The notes beneath the pieces are model-generated. The model ran no database searches. It was not told where the DNA came from and saw nothing but the letters and a program-made list of their open reading frames with translations. DNA of 64,000 bases from an uncultured delta proteobacterium (GTDB lineage: Bacteria; Desulfobacterota; RBG-13-43-22). Of the stretch, positions 51,247 to 61,476 are shown piece by piece (position 1 is the first letter of the stretch; every line of letters starts with the position of its first letter). The stretch covers positions 1,408,001-1,472,000 of the forward strand of contig CAWBOS010000012.1 in assembly GCA_963790475.1 (NCBI GenBank), given 5' to 3'. The translations under genes and the position numbers were made by a program.

Positions 51247-52446
51247 TTAGATTGAATCGGATTTTTGGTCATCCGACTCCCGATTTATTTCCTTTCGCTC
51301 ACTTCTTTGAACAGCCAGGATTTCCCGGCCGAAATGATCTTTAAACCATCTTTTCATCCCCGGAATTTCGCCCAACTCCTCCAGGGACCGAGTATTTCTT
51401 AAAGCCAGGGTATTGATCAGGACGTTATTCATGAGAATTCCAGGCTCCATCTCCAACTCTTTTGCCTGTTGATCCCGCCAGTTTTTCAGGGCTTTGATCC
51501 TGTTGCGCGCGGCCGATGGAAAATCAGGTCTGGCTTCCCGGGGGTACACCGGAAGATTCTTGTCGGGAATGGCCATGGCCAGATGAATTGCCTCCAGCAG
51601 GTGTGTCCCATATCGGTCGCTTTGCTTCCGGCTCAGGGACATCCCGGTTTCCATTTCCACCCGGCTTAAAGGTTTTTTTATAGCCATTTCCAAAAGGGAT
51701 TCATTACCGATCACCTTGAAAGGAGGAAAATCCGATTTTCTGGCCTGCGCCTCGCGGAATTTCAACAAAACCTCAAGTACGGCAAGACCCCTGGGATCAA
51801 GGTGCCCGGCCCCTTTTACTTTTAAGAACAGCGGGGCCTGGTTGGGGGCCGTAAAGCGGACCCTGGTCATGAGCTGGCATTCTTCTTCCACCCAGGATAA
51901 CCGTTTCTTCTCTTCCAGTTCCCTTTCCAGCATACGGGCCAGGGGGATCAGGTACCGCCCGTCCATCGCTGCATATTCGACCATCCCCAAAGGCAGGGGT
52001 CTTCGGGACCAATCGGCCCGCTGAAATTTCTTGTTCAATTCCACCTGGAATCGGCTTCGCAACACCGCCTCCAGACCGGTTTCCCGCAGGCCCAGAAATT
52101 GACAGGCCAACTGCGTATCAAAGAGGTTGTTTACCTGGAACCCAAAATCACGGTGCAGGGAACGGATATCATAATCCGCCCCATGGAATACCTTGCGGAT
52201 GTCGGGATTGGAGAAAATAGGGCGTAAAGCGGAAAGATCCCTCAGGGCCAGGGGATCCAGGATGTAGGAATCGGATTCGGTGACGATCTGCAGGAGGCAT
52301 ACCTTTTCGAAGTAGTGGTACAAAGAGTCCGCTTCCAGGTCGACTCCGATGATCTTGACTTGAGCCAGAGTCCTGGCAACCTCCTGCAATCGGGGAAGAG
52401 TCTCTATCCATTCGTAGGAAACCCTATTTTTATCCATCGTGATCAC
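51247..52446 (-). CDS. rnd: Ribonuclease D (DEDD exonuclease plus HRDC domains)
   Basis: GVDLEADS, KVFHGADYD, DTQLA, ADWSRRPL and YAAMD motifs; two HRDC regions. Confidence 0.88.
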   Translation of the reverse strand: MITMDKNRVSYEWIETLPRLQEVARTLAQVKIIGVDLEADSLYHYFEKVCLLQIVTESDSYILDPLALRDLSALRPIFSNPDIRKVFHGADYDIRSLHRDFGFQVNNLFDTQLACQFLGLRETGLEAVLRSRFQVELNKKFQRADWSRRPLPLGMVEYAAMDGRYLIPLARMLERELEEKKRLSWVEEECQLMTRVRFTAPNQAPLFLKVKGAGHLDPRGLAVLEVLLKFREAQARKSDFPPFKVIGNESLLEMAIKKPLSRVEMETGMSLSRKQSDRYGTHLLEAIHLAMAIPDKNLPVYPREARPDFPSAARNRIKALKNWRDQQAKELEMEPGILMNNVLINTLALRNTRSLEELGEIPGMKRWFKDHFGREILAVQRSERKEINRESDDQKSDSI

Positions 52447-52750
52447 TCCCTTGCTTCAAGTTCCCGGTTAGGGCTCCTTTGAAGGAAGGAGTATAGGGCA
52501 AGAAAAGGATACAATCAAGGAGAAAGAATAGTCAGGAAAACGGGGTAGCGATGGCCTCTTCTCAAGGAAACCGGACCATTATGAACCTCAATCTTGTTTT
52601 AACTGATCCGGAGATCAGAGAAAATCAACAGATCCAAGTCAAACTTTCTCTTGGATATTGGGTCGTCCAGTCATTGAAATAATATTCCTTTTAATTTTAA
52701 AATGACTTGGTGTATTTATAATAGGCAAGCAATGACTGGAGGAGGGGGGC

Positions 52751-53535
52751 ATGGAAGATAAAATAATTAAAGTGGTGGAGATGATCCTGGCCGCCGACAG
52801 GGTTGTTGTTTTTACCGGGGCGGATGTCAGCACGGAATCCGGCATTCCCGATTTTCGCAGCCCCGGCGGGCTCTGGACAAGATTTGATCCCGATGACTTT
52901 ACAATTGATAAATATCTAAGTTCCGGCCAAACGCGCCGGAAGATGTGGAAGATCCTCATGGAGGGCGGTTTGCTGGCTGATGCCGCACCTAACCCCGCCC
53001 ATTATGGCATTGCCGAATTGGAAAAATTGGGTAAACTGAGTTCAGTTATTACCCAGAACGTGGATAACCTGCACCAGAAAAGCGGCAATAATCCGGCCAT
53101 CGTCCATGAATTGCACGGTAGTATGAAATGGATCGTTTGTCTGGGGTGCGGCGGCGTTATCCCTTGGAAGTCATGATGAGGGATGTTCCTTCTGATGATT
53201 CCGTTTCCGAGTGTAAAATGTGCGGGGGGATTTTAAAGCCCGATGTCATTTTTTTCGGCGAAGCCCTTCCCGAAAAAACACTCAGGGTGGCCACAAAGGA
53301 ATCTCGGGAGTGTGATTTGTTCATCGTCATTGGTTCTTCCCTGGTCGTATATCCTGCCGCCTTTTTGCCTTTGCAGGCCAAGCACTCGGGCGCCGGGGTG
53401 GTTATTATCAATCTCGGCCCCACGGAACAGGACCATATCGCCGATATCATTATCAATGAATCGGCCGGGAAAGTCATGACGGAGATAGTGACCGGGGTAA
53501 AGAATAACTTGGATCAAAAAGCCTCGGAAATTTAA
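52751..53535 (+). CDS. cobB: Sir2/CobB NAD-dependent deacylase (frameshift ~53150)
   Basis: STESGIPDFR, TQNVDNLH, ELHG, CxxC..CxxC, KPDVIFFGE and GSSLVVYPAA. Confidence 0.85.
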
Positions 53536-53640
53536 CCAAAGATTTTTTGAAATTTTTCTGTTGTCAGTTATGGGATACGAGTTATAAGTTTCTTCCCCCT
53601 TTTCGTCATTCCGGGCTTGACCTGGAATCCAGGGATTTAA

Positions 53641-55623
53641 CCCATCTTCCGCAGTTTGGAGAAAAAATCAAGAAAAACGTGATGAATTTTCAGGAATTGT
53701 TAAATGATTTCAAGTCCTGATCTTTGAAAATTGGATGTAGTGAAGACCACCCCCTTGCCAGGTGCTGTGGGAACGGAGATAATGGGGTTATGTATCTCCG
53801 GCGTGCGACCAAAAAGAAAGGTGGAGCGGAGTACGAGAGCTGGCTTTTAGTTGAGTCGGTCCGTACTGCCCGAGGGCCCCGTCAGCGAGTAGTGGCGACG
53901 ATAGGGAAACTTCCTGGCCTTGATCGGGAAGAGCGGATAGGTTGGGAGGAGATCGGACGGATTCTTTCCGGAAAGCCTCTACCTGGACCTGAACTGTTTG
54001 AGCAGGGGGAAGACCCCCCATCTTGGGCCACGGTCAATATCCATGGCGTAAGCGTCGAGCGACTCAGAGGCTTCGGCGATGTCTATTTGGGGTTGCTTTT
54101 GTGGAACAAACTGGGGCTTGCCAGGTTCTGCCGAGATCATATTCCTTCCAACCGGGAAGAGATTCCTTGGTCGATCATGGCGTCTATTTTAGTTCTTGGA
54201 CGCTTTTGCGCCCCATCGTCGGAATTACAGATGGCCGAGTTTTGGTATGGCCAGACGGCCTTAGACGATCTGCTGGGAGTGGCCGACTATAAGATCAATG
54301 AGGATCGGCTTTATCGTGCCCTGGATGCCTTGCTTCCCCACAAGGATGCCTTAAGCCGTCACCTTCAGGAGCGTTATGGGGAACTGTTCGGCAGTAGCTT
54401 TGATTTTTTGTTTTATGACATAACCTCCACCTATTTTGAGGGGACCGCCAAGGGCAATGCCCAGGCCAAGAGGGGTTACAGCCGGGACAGTCGTCCAGAT
54501 TGTCCCCAGGTCTGCATCGGCCTGGTGGCCACCCGAGAGGGCTTTCCCATAGCCTTTGAGGTTTTTGACGGCAATCGACCGGATGTTACGACGACCCAAG
54601 AGATGGTTCAGATGATGGAGGCCAAATACGGCCAAGCCAACCGGATCTGGGTTATGGATCGCGGCATGGTGAGTGAGGAGAATCTGGAGTTTATGCGCAA
54701 AGTCGGTGCCCGCTATTTGGTCGGCACCCCAAAAGTGATGCTGAAGAAGTTTGAGCAGCAGCTTTTCGAACAGAACTGGGAAGCGGTCCAACCTGATGTT
54801 GAGGTCAAGCTCTGTTGCTCGCCGGAAGGAACGGATGAAATCTTTGTCCTGTGCCGGTCTCAAGGCCGGAAGGAGAAAGAAAACGCCATTCTAAACCACT
54901 TTTTGACCCGACTGGAAAGCCAACTGGATCACCTGGCCCGCCAGGCCGAAACCGGCAAGCTCCGAGACAAGCAGAAAGTCGAGCGGAGAATAGGGCGACT
55001 GCTGGAACAAAATAAACGTGCGGCCTCGTTGTTCAATATTACAGTCATAGAGACCGGTACCGGAAAAGACGCACCGCTTTCCCTAGAAGTCAAGAAGAAC
55101 GAACAACGGCAACAGTGGGCCTTGGAGACCGGCGGTAGCTACATCCTGCGCACCAACTGGACCGAAAGTGACCCGAAAGTCCTATGGAATACCTACATCC
55201 AACTGACGGAAGTGGAAGATTCATTCCGTACCGAGAAACATGATCTGGGAATGCGACCGATCTTCCATCAAAAACAGGAACGGACCCAGGCTCATATCCT
55301 GGTCTGCTTCTTGGCGCTGACTATGTGGCGAACGCTCCAGCAATGGATGAAAGCCTCGGGACTCGGTACCGCCCCAAGAAAGCTGTTGGAGGAGTTGCGG
55401 GAATTGAAATCTTTGGATGTGCTACTACCGGCGCGGGAGAGAACCCTCCGGCTCAGAATGGTGGCTACTCCCTCAAAGGAACTCAAAGTGCTGCTTCAGA
55501 GATTGAAAATTCTGCTCCCCAACAAACCAAAAATTATTGAAAATGTAGTGAAGAAAATGCCCTAATTCTTGTCGTAACTATTTGATATCGCGTCTTCCAT
55601 GCTTTCTAACTGCGGAAGATGGG
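53641..55623 (+). mobile_element. IS1634-family insertion sequence (1983 bp)
   Basis: Terminal IRs CCCATCTTCCGCAGTT / AACTGCGGAAGATGGG, flanked by TTAA on both sides. Confidence 0.9.
53790..55565 (+). CDS. IS1634-family DDE transposase
   Basis: FYDITSTYFEG, GYSRD, MDRGM, VEDSFR, RPIFHQ and AHILVCFLA motifs. Confidence 0.92.
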   Translation: MYLRRATKKKGGAEYESWLLVESVRTARGPRQRVVATIGKLPGLDREERIGWEEIGRILSGKPLPGPELFEQGEDPPSWATVNIHGVSVERLRGFGDVYLGLLLWNKLGLARFCRDHIPSNREEIPWSIMASILVLGRFCAPSSELQMAEFWYGQTALDDLLGVADYKINEDRLYRALDALLPHKDALSRHLQERYGELFGSSFDFLFYDITSTYFEGTAKGNAQAKRGYSRDSRPDCPQVCIGLVATREGFPIAFEVFDGNRPDVTTTQEMVQMMEAKYGQANRIWVMDRGMVSEENLEFMRKVGARYLVGTPKVMLKKFEQQLFEQNWEAVQPDVEVKLCCSPEGTDEIFVLCRSQGRKEKENAILNHFLTRLESQLDHLARQAETGKLRDKQKVERRIGRLLEQNKRAASLFNITVIETGTGKDAPLSLEVKKNEQRQQWALETGGSYILRTNWTESDPKVLWNTYIQLTEVEDSFRTEKHDLGMRPIFHQKQERTQAHILVCFLALTMWRTLQQWMKASGLGTAPRKLLEELRELKSLDVLLPARERTLRLRMVATPSKELKVLLQRLKILLPNKPKIIENVVKKMP

Positions 55624-55773
55624 TTAAATCTCTTCTGGACCCCGGCTGGAGTTTATCCCGCGGGTGGCGGGACCGGGGCGACGGCCAAAGGACTCTTGGC
55701 AATATCATCAACCAGATCGACAAAACATTGTCGGTTGATTTTAGAATCGACTAATAAGAGATGAGGAAATGAG

Positions 55774-56541
55774 ATGTGTTTTATTGTTTTTGCTTATAAG
55801 GTCCATCCTTCGTACCGTTTGATTGCCGCCGCCAATCGTGATGAATATTACGAAAGGCCCTCAGCTCCCGTCGCCTTCTGGGAGGATGCTCCCCAAGTGC
55901 TTGCCGGTCGCGACCTAAAAGAAGGAGGCACCTGGATGGGGATTAGCAGAGGGGGGAAATTTGCCGCCATAACCAATTTCCGTGATCCGGATAGTGTCAC
56001 GACCGGGGCTCCATCTCGAGGCGGATTGGTCAGTAATTTTCTCACGGGTTCTGAAAGCGCCGTTTCCTACATGAATAAAATTTCTCGATCGGCGCAGAAA
56101 TATAACGGCTTTAATCTGATCTGTGGAGACCCCCAGGACCTCATTGTTTATTCCAACCGGGGAGAAATAATAAAGCTCGAACCGGGAATCTTCGGGCTGA
56201 GTAACCACCTTCTGGATAGCCTCTGGCCGAAAGTGATCAAAGGTAAGAAGGCCTTGTCAGCGGCCATGGAAGAAAAAGGTTTAGTCCTGGAAGAAGCGCT
56301 TTTTAAAATATTGTCTGATCGAAAAATAGCTCCGGAGAATAAACTTCCTCACACCGGTGTCGAATTGGAATGGGAAAGACGTTTATCCTCTATTTTTATC
56401 GAAAGCCCCGGTTATGGTACCCGCTCTTCGAGCGTGCTGTTGGTGGGAAAGAACAAATGGGTAAAATTTGTGGAAAAAGTTTTCGATGGAAAACCTGAGC
56501 CCTGGGTGGAAAGCCGGTTTTCCTTTCGGCTTAATTATTAA
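55774..56541 (+). CDS. NRDE/TANGO2 family protein
   Basis: MC start, ANRDE, GGTW, SRG, YNGFNL, SNH and YGTRSS. Confidence 0.92.
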   Translation: MCFIVFAYKVHPSYRLIAAANRDEYYERPSAPVAFWEDAPQVLAGRDLKEGGTWMGISRGGKFAAITNFRDPDSVTTGAPSRGGLVSNFLTGSESAVSYMNKISRSAQKYNGFNLICGDPQDLIVYSNRGEIIKLEPGIFGLSNHLLDSLWPKVIKGKKALSAAMEEKGLVLEEALFKILSDRKIAPENKLPHTGVELEWERRLSSIFIESPGYGTRSSSVLLVGKNKWVKFVEKVFDGKPEPWVESRFSFRLNY

Positions 56542-56579
56542 TGGTCTCAAAATAGTATTGACAAAATTTTTGGTGACAG

Positions 56580-56806
56580 GGGCCGGGGGGTTTCCTTTCC
56601 CGGGGATTGTCCAAAGGGTAACCCATCGCCCTGTCCCGGCCCGGACGGCTAAGTGGATTAGGTGCAGGCCGGGAGGCTCCCCGGTCACCCAAGCCCATTT
56701 CAAACTTGTTTGTAGGCCTGCTTCCAAATGTAATTTAAAAATTGGCCCGGCAAAGAAGCATTGAGCTTTAGGGTGGACAACCCCGGAAAAGGGAACCCCC
56801 CGGCCC
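56580..56806. other. 227-bp non-coding element with ~34-bp imperfect terminal inverted repeats (MITE or structured RNA)
   Basis: GGGCCGGGGGGTTTCCTTTCCCGGGGATTGTCCA ... TGGACAACCCCGGAAAAGGGAACCCCCCGGCCC. Confidence 0.7.
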
Positions 56807-56882
56807 ATTTAATGCAAGCTCTTCGCTTTCATGTCCAGATTATTAAAGAGCCCCTTAATAACGAGACAAGCCGGGTAGAGGC

Positions 56883-56910
56883 TTGACAGACGACTCGGAA
56901 AGGTTATGAT
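56883..56910 (+). promoter_or_regulatory. Putative sigma70 promoter
   Basis: TTGACA-N16-TATGAT upstream of the activase gene. Confidence 0.55.
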
Positions 56911-56982
56911 GGACCTTTCCTGACGTTCATCCGCTTCTTGATAAACTGGGGTTAAGAAAGATCGATCCCCTGGAGACCTCAA

Positions 56983-59900
56983 ATGGCCCCATTCGGTCAG
57001 GTGCTCGGTTTAGACATCGGGTCAGTCTCCCTGGCAATCGCCTGCCTGGCTCCCGACAGGACTATTCTTAAGACCTTCTACGCCTTCCACCAGGGAAGGA
57101 TATTGGAAACCCTGGTGTCCCTGCTTTCCGGATACCCGCTGGAAGCCGTCAGTCATTTGGCCTGCACTTCTTCTACTCCCGAAACTATCGGCCCTGCTAC
57201 CCGTTTTGACACCCAGTTGGCGGTCATCAGCGGCGCCTCCCTGGTCCAGGAAAAAATCGGCAGCATTCTCCTGGTAGGCGGTGAAAAATTCAGCCTTCTG
57301 CAGTTCGACCCTCAAGGCCGTTACCGGCGATCCAGGACCAACACCTCCTGTGCTGCCGGGACCGGCAGTTTTCTCGATCAACAGGCCTTTCGCTTAAATC
57401 TGAACGGGGTCGAGGCCCTGGCGGAATTGGCTTTTTCCAATCAGGGTGAGATCCCCAAAATCGCCTCACGCTGTGCCGTCTTCGCCAAAACCGACCTGAG
57501 TCATGCCCAACAGGAGGGATTCTCCCTGGCCGAGATTTGTGACGGTCTCTGCTTCGGACTGGCCCGGAATATCGTGGATACCCTGTTCAGCGGCGGCGGT
57601 GCGACGGTACCGCTGATTATGAGCGGTGGGGTGTCGTTGAACCGGGCGGTGGTCGGTCATCTTTCCAAACTGATCGGAATGCCGATCGTGATCGACGCCT
57701 ATTCCCCGCTGCATGGGGCCATCGGCGCGGCCATCTGTCTGCTCCAGGAACAAAAATCCGGGAATCCCCTGTCGGTCCGGCAGCCGTCCGATTTTTATCA
57801 TCCTTCGATGGGGAAAAGGACCTATTACTATCCGCCTCTGAAGGCATCGAATTCCAAGGACCCTGATTTTGAAGAAACGACCCTCTACCATTCCCGGGAC
57901 TCGGATTTTGAGCCCGAAGTGGAGGTGGAAAAATTCAAACCTCTTCCCTCGGGGAAAAGTATCGAAGTGTTCCTCGGACTGGATATCGGCTCCACCAGTA
58001 CCAAAGCCGTCCTGACCGGGCCGGGCCGACAGGTGTTGGCCGGTTTTTACACCCGGACTGCCGGCCGACCATTGCCCGCAGTTCAGGCCTTGCTGGAGGC
58101 CATAGACGACCTGGCTCGAAATCAGGGGACGGCCTTCAAGTTCCTGGGGGCGGGAACGACCGGATCGGGACGTGCTTTTATCGGTAGGATTATCAATGCC
58201 GACCTGGTCATCGACGAAATTACGGCCCATGCCCGGGCCGCTGTGGAGTTAAATCCGGCGGTAGACACGATCATCGAGATCGGCGGACAAGACTCAAAAT
58301 TCACTACCCTGAACAATGGGATGGTCACTTTCTCGACCATGAACACCGTCTGCGCGGCCGGGACGGGCAGTTTTATCGAGGAGCAGGCTTCACGGCTCGG
58401 CTGCCCACTATCCGAATATTCCCGGCGGGCCGAGGGAGTCAGTTCTCCCATGGCCAGTGACCGCTGCACGGTGTTCATGGAGCGGGACCTGAATCATTAT
58501 CTGAATAAAGGCTATGAGGTCGAAGAGATCCTCTCCGCAGTGCTTCACGCGGTAAGGGACAACTACCTGTCCAAGGTGGCCGTGGTTTCCCGCATCGGGA
58601 CCTGCCTTTCCTTCCAGGGAGCGACCGGTCGCAATCGGGCTCTGGTGGCGGCCTTCGAACAGAAACTGGGTCAGCCGATTTTCGTTTCCCAATACTGTCA
58701 TCTGACCGGGGCCCTGGGAGCGGCTTATATCCTGGAGGAAAGCGGCCTGGTCCGGTCAAACTTCCGGGGCATCGATCTGTATAAGCAGGCCGTCCCGATC
58801 AAAACCGAAGTATGCGAATACTGCACCAACCATTGCAAGATCAAACTGGCCCGGCTTTCTGGCGAAACTGTGGCCTATGGGTTTTTATGCGGCCGGGATT
58901 ACGATACCCGGCAATTCGTCAACAAGAACCGCTCCGGTTTCGACCTCCTGCAGGAACGAACCAAGGCCTTCCGCTTTAAACCGGAGACCAAAAGTACCGG
59001 GGCTACCATCGGGCTTCCGGCGGCCCTGCACCTTTTCGAGGACCTGCCCTTCTGGGAAAAGTTTTTTGATCTGCTGGGGCTGAAAACCGAAACGAGCCAG
59101 GCCTGTGGGGATGCGGTCCCCAGGGGAAAGTCCCTATCCGGCGCCGAGTTTTGCACCCCCATCACCGCCCTCCATGGCCATGTCTCCTATCTGGCTGAAC
59201 GGTGCGATCATATTTTTTTGCCGGTCTATCTGGAAGCGCGGGACAAGCCGCCGGGGATGATACGAAAATTCTGTTATTACACTCAATACGCGCCGGCCCT
59301 TGTCTCCCGGCTCAATGAAACCATCCATCGGAAGTGCCTGGTCCCGCTTCTGGATTCCAACGCCGGGGTTCTGGCTGGCTTGCGGCAGCTGTACCAGACC
59401 CTGAAACCGGTCTGCCCGGGCCTCTCCTTTTTCGCAGTCCACTCGGCCTTTCAACAGGCCCGGGCCTTTTATGCCGCAGGTCAAAAACATCTCCAAGACC
59501 TTTTCCAAAACACCTTCTCCAGAAATGACCAAATGAGCGTTGTTTTGCTGGGCCGCCCTTACACCCTTTTCTCCCGGGCGATGAACAAGGGGATCCCCGA
59601 GATTTTCGGGTCTTTGGGGATCAGGACTTTTTCTCAGGACATGTTGGATATGGCCCCGGAAAGGGTTGAGCGGATCAGCGGGTTGCTGAAGGCCTTTCAC
59701 TGGAATTACGCGGCCCAAATCCTTAAGGCGGCCGAAGCGATCGCCTCCGGAAACGGGATCTACCCGGTGCTGGTCACCTCCTTCAGATGTTCCCCGGATT
59801 CCTTCGTGACCGAGTACTTCAAACGAATCCTGGAAGGGAAAGGCAAGCCCTACCTGATCCTCCAACTGGATGAGCACGATTCCAGCGTAGGCTACGAAAC

Positions 59901-61179
59901 CCGGATCGAGGCCGCTGTCCGAGCCTTCAGCAATCACTTCCGGGGGAAGACCCGGGACCTGAACCGTAAGATTCAGGATATAAACCCCCGCATCGAAAAC
60001 CGAATCGACGGGAAGACCCTCTTGCTTCCCAACTGGGATCCGATCTGCTGCCGGCTGATCGCCGCCAACCTGAATCACTTTGGGTTCGATGCCCGGGTGT
60101 TGGAAGAAGACCGGATCATAATCCAGAAGAGTCTGCGTTACAACACCGGCCAATGTTTGCCGCTCAATACCATTGCCCAGGAATTCATGGACTATATCGA
60201 AAGGCATCGATTGGAACCAGAAAAAACCCTACTCTGGATGGGGGGCTCTGAGATCGCCTGCAATATAAGGCTCTTTCCCTATTATATCCGAAGCATCCTG
60301 GATGCCCGCGGAGGGGGCCTGGAAAAAGCCGGGGTCTATGTGGGGAACATTACCTTTACCGACCTGTCGCCGCGTATCGGGGTGGAGATGTACTTCGCTT
60401 ATATGTTCGGGGGGTTCATTCGAAAAATGGCCTGCAAGCTCAGACCCTATGAGCTGAGCAGGGGGGAAACCGACCGGGCGGTTACCATGGCCGTTCAGAC
60501 CGCTACCGATTCATTCCTGGGGAAGCGGGACCGCCAGGAGGCCGCTCGGGAAATTTCCCGGATGTTCCAGGAAATCAAAATCGACCGAACCCGGCCCCGT
60601 CCCCAGGTAGCTATCTTCGGCGATCTCTATACCCGGGACAATGAGGTCATGAATCAGGACCTGATATCGGCCATCGAGCGGGCCGGTGGGGAAGTGGTCA
60701 CCACACCCTACAGCGACTACCTCAAGATAATTGCCGAGCCCTATCTCAAACGCTGGATGATCGAGGGGCATTACGGGGAGGTGCTGGTCAACAAGGCCTT
60801 GCTCGGTCTGGTCAATTTACTGGACCGGAAATATTACCGGATTTTTGAACCGGTATTGGGCGACCCTTATCCCGTTTATCGGCACTCGGCCCTGGAAATA
60901 ATGTCGCGCTTCAACCTGAGGGTGCAACACGCCGGGGAGTCTATGGAAAATCTGATCAAGGTTTTTTCCCTGATGCGGATGCATCCCCGGATCTCGCTTT
61001 TTGTTCAGGCCAGCCCGGCCTTCTGCTGCCCTTCCCTGGTCACCGAGGCCATGGGCCGGGACATCGAGAGCCAGACCGGGATTCCGATCGTATCCATTAC
61101 CTATGACGGGACAGGCAGTTCCAAAAATGACGTAATTATCCCCTATATCCAATATGCGGCCAAGGAGCTGACTCAATAA
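56983..61179 (+). CDS. 2-hydroxyacyl-CoA dehydratase activase-like protein (two BcrAD/BadFG ATPase domains plus a DUF2229-like region)
   Basis: Two GLDIGS...CAAGTGSF...RC(A/T)VF modules, CEYCTNHC, LLGRPY and LQLDEH. Confidence 0.88.
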   Translation: MAPFGQVLGLDIGSVSLAIACLAPDRTILKTFYAFHQGRILETLVSLLSGYPLEAVSHLACTSSTPETIGPATRFDTQLAVISGASLVQEKIGSILLVGGEKFSLLQFDPQGRYRRSRTNTSCAAGTGSFLDQQAFRLNLNGVEALAELAFSNQGEIPKIASRCAVFAKTDLSHAQQEGFSLAEICDGLCFGLARNIVDTLFSGGGATVPLIMSGGVSLNRAVVGHLSKLIGMPIVIDAYSPLHGAIGAAICLLQEQKSGNPLSVRQPSDFYHPSMGKRTYYYPPLKASNSKDPDFEETTLYHSRDSDFEPEVEVEKFKPLPSGKSIEVFLGLDIGSTSTKAVLTGPGRQVLAGFYTRTAGRPLPAVQALLEAIDDLARNQGTAFKFLGAGTTGSGRAFIGRIINADLVIDEITAHARAAVELNPAVDTIIEIGGQDSKFTTLNNGMVTFSTMNTVCAAGTGSFIEEQASRLGCPLSEYSRRAEGVSSPMASDRCTVFMERDLNHYLNKGYEVEEILSAVLHAVRDNYLSKVAVVSRIGTCLSFQGATGRNRALVAAFEQKLGQPIFVSQYCHLTGALGAAYILEESGLVRSNFRGIDLYKQAVPIKTEVCEYCTNHCKIKLARLSGETVAYGFLCGRDYDTRQFVNKNRSGFDLLQERTKAFRFKPETKSTGATIGLPAALHLFEDLPFWEKFFDLLGLKTETSQACGDAVPRGKSLSGAEFCTPITALHGHVSYLAERCDHIFLPVYLEARDKPPGMIRKFCYYTQYAPALVSRLNETIHRKCLVPLLDSNAGVLAGLRQLYQTLKPVCPGLSFFAVHSAFQQARAFYAAGQKHLQDLFQNTFSRNDQMSVVLLGRPYTLFSRAMNKGIPEIFGSLGIRTFSQDMLDMAPERVERISGLLKAFHWNYAAQILKAAEAIASGNGIYPVLVTSFRCSPDSFVTEYFKRILEGKGKPYLILQLDEHDSSVGYETRIEAAVRAFSNHFRGKTRDLNRKIQDINPRIENRIDGKTLLLPNWDPICCRLIAANLNHFGFDARVLEEDRIIIQKSLRYNTGQCLPLNTIAQEFMDYIERHRLEPEKTLLWMGGSEIACNIRLFPYYIRSILDARGGGLEKAGVYVGNITFTDLSPRIGVEMYFAYMFGGFIRKMACKLRPYELSRGETDRAVTMAVQTATDSFLGKRDRQEAAREISRMFQEIKIDRTRPRPQVAIFGDLYTRDNEVMNQDLISAIERAGGEVVTTPYSDYLKIIAEPYLKRWMIEGHYGEVLVNKALLGLVNLLDRKYYRIFEPVLGDPYPVYRHSALEIMSRFNLRVQHAGESMENLIKVFSLMRMHPRISLFVQASPAFCCPSLVTEAMGRDIESQTGIPIVSITYDGTGSSKNDVIIPYIQYAAKELTQ

Positions 61180-61476
61180 AAAAATATTCCTTTAAAATTG
61201 GCTTTAACCCCTGATCATGATCTATTTAATTAAAATTCAACCCAGCTTCAAAAAAGATAGAAACCCAACCCGAAAGGATGCCCATGAAGCAGCTGACAAA
61301 ACCCCAAAAGGCATAAGCTCAACCGCGCTGGAAAAGAGGCGGCCGACCGACGAATAAGTAAATAAATCTGGCTATTCGACTCAGAGGGTAAGCAATTCCA
61401 CAACACCAGGATCTATAATAACAGTCTGGTATAAGTAAACCACTATTTCAGAAAAGCCAAGAGCAGGAGGCAAAAA

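Larger units (their letters stand above)
53603..55683. repeat. REP-like GTCATTCC palindromic unit split by the IS (arms 53603-53640 and 55624-55683)
   Basis: cgtcattccgggcttgacctggaatccag ... ctggaccccggc...gaccggggcgacg. Confidence 0.55.

Noticed and set aside
61260-61440. Riboswitch upstream of the ABC substrate-binding protein
   Set aside because: No recognisable aptamer consensus; AAGCAGCTGACAAAACCCC might be an IS-end relic but is too short to support.
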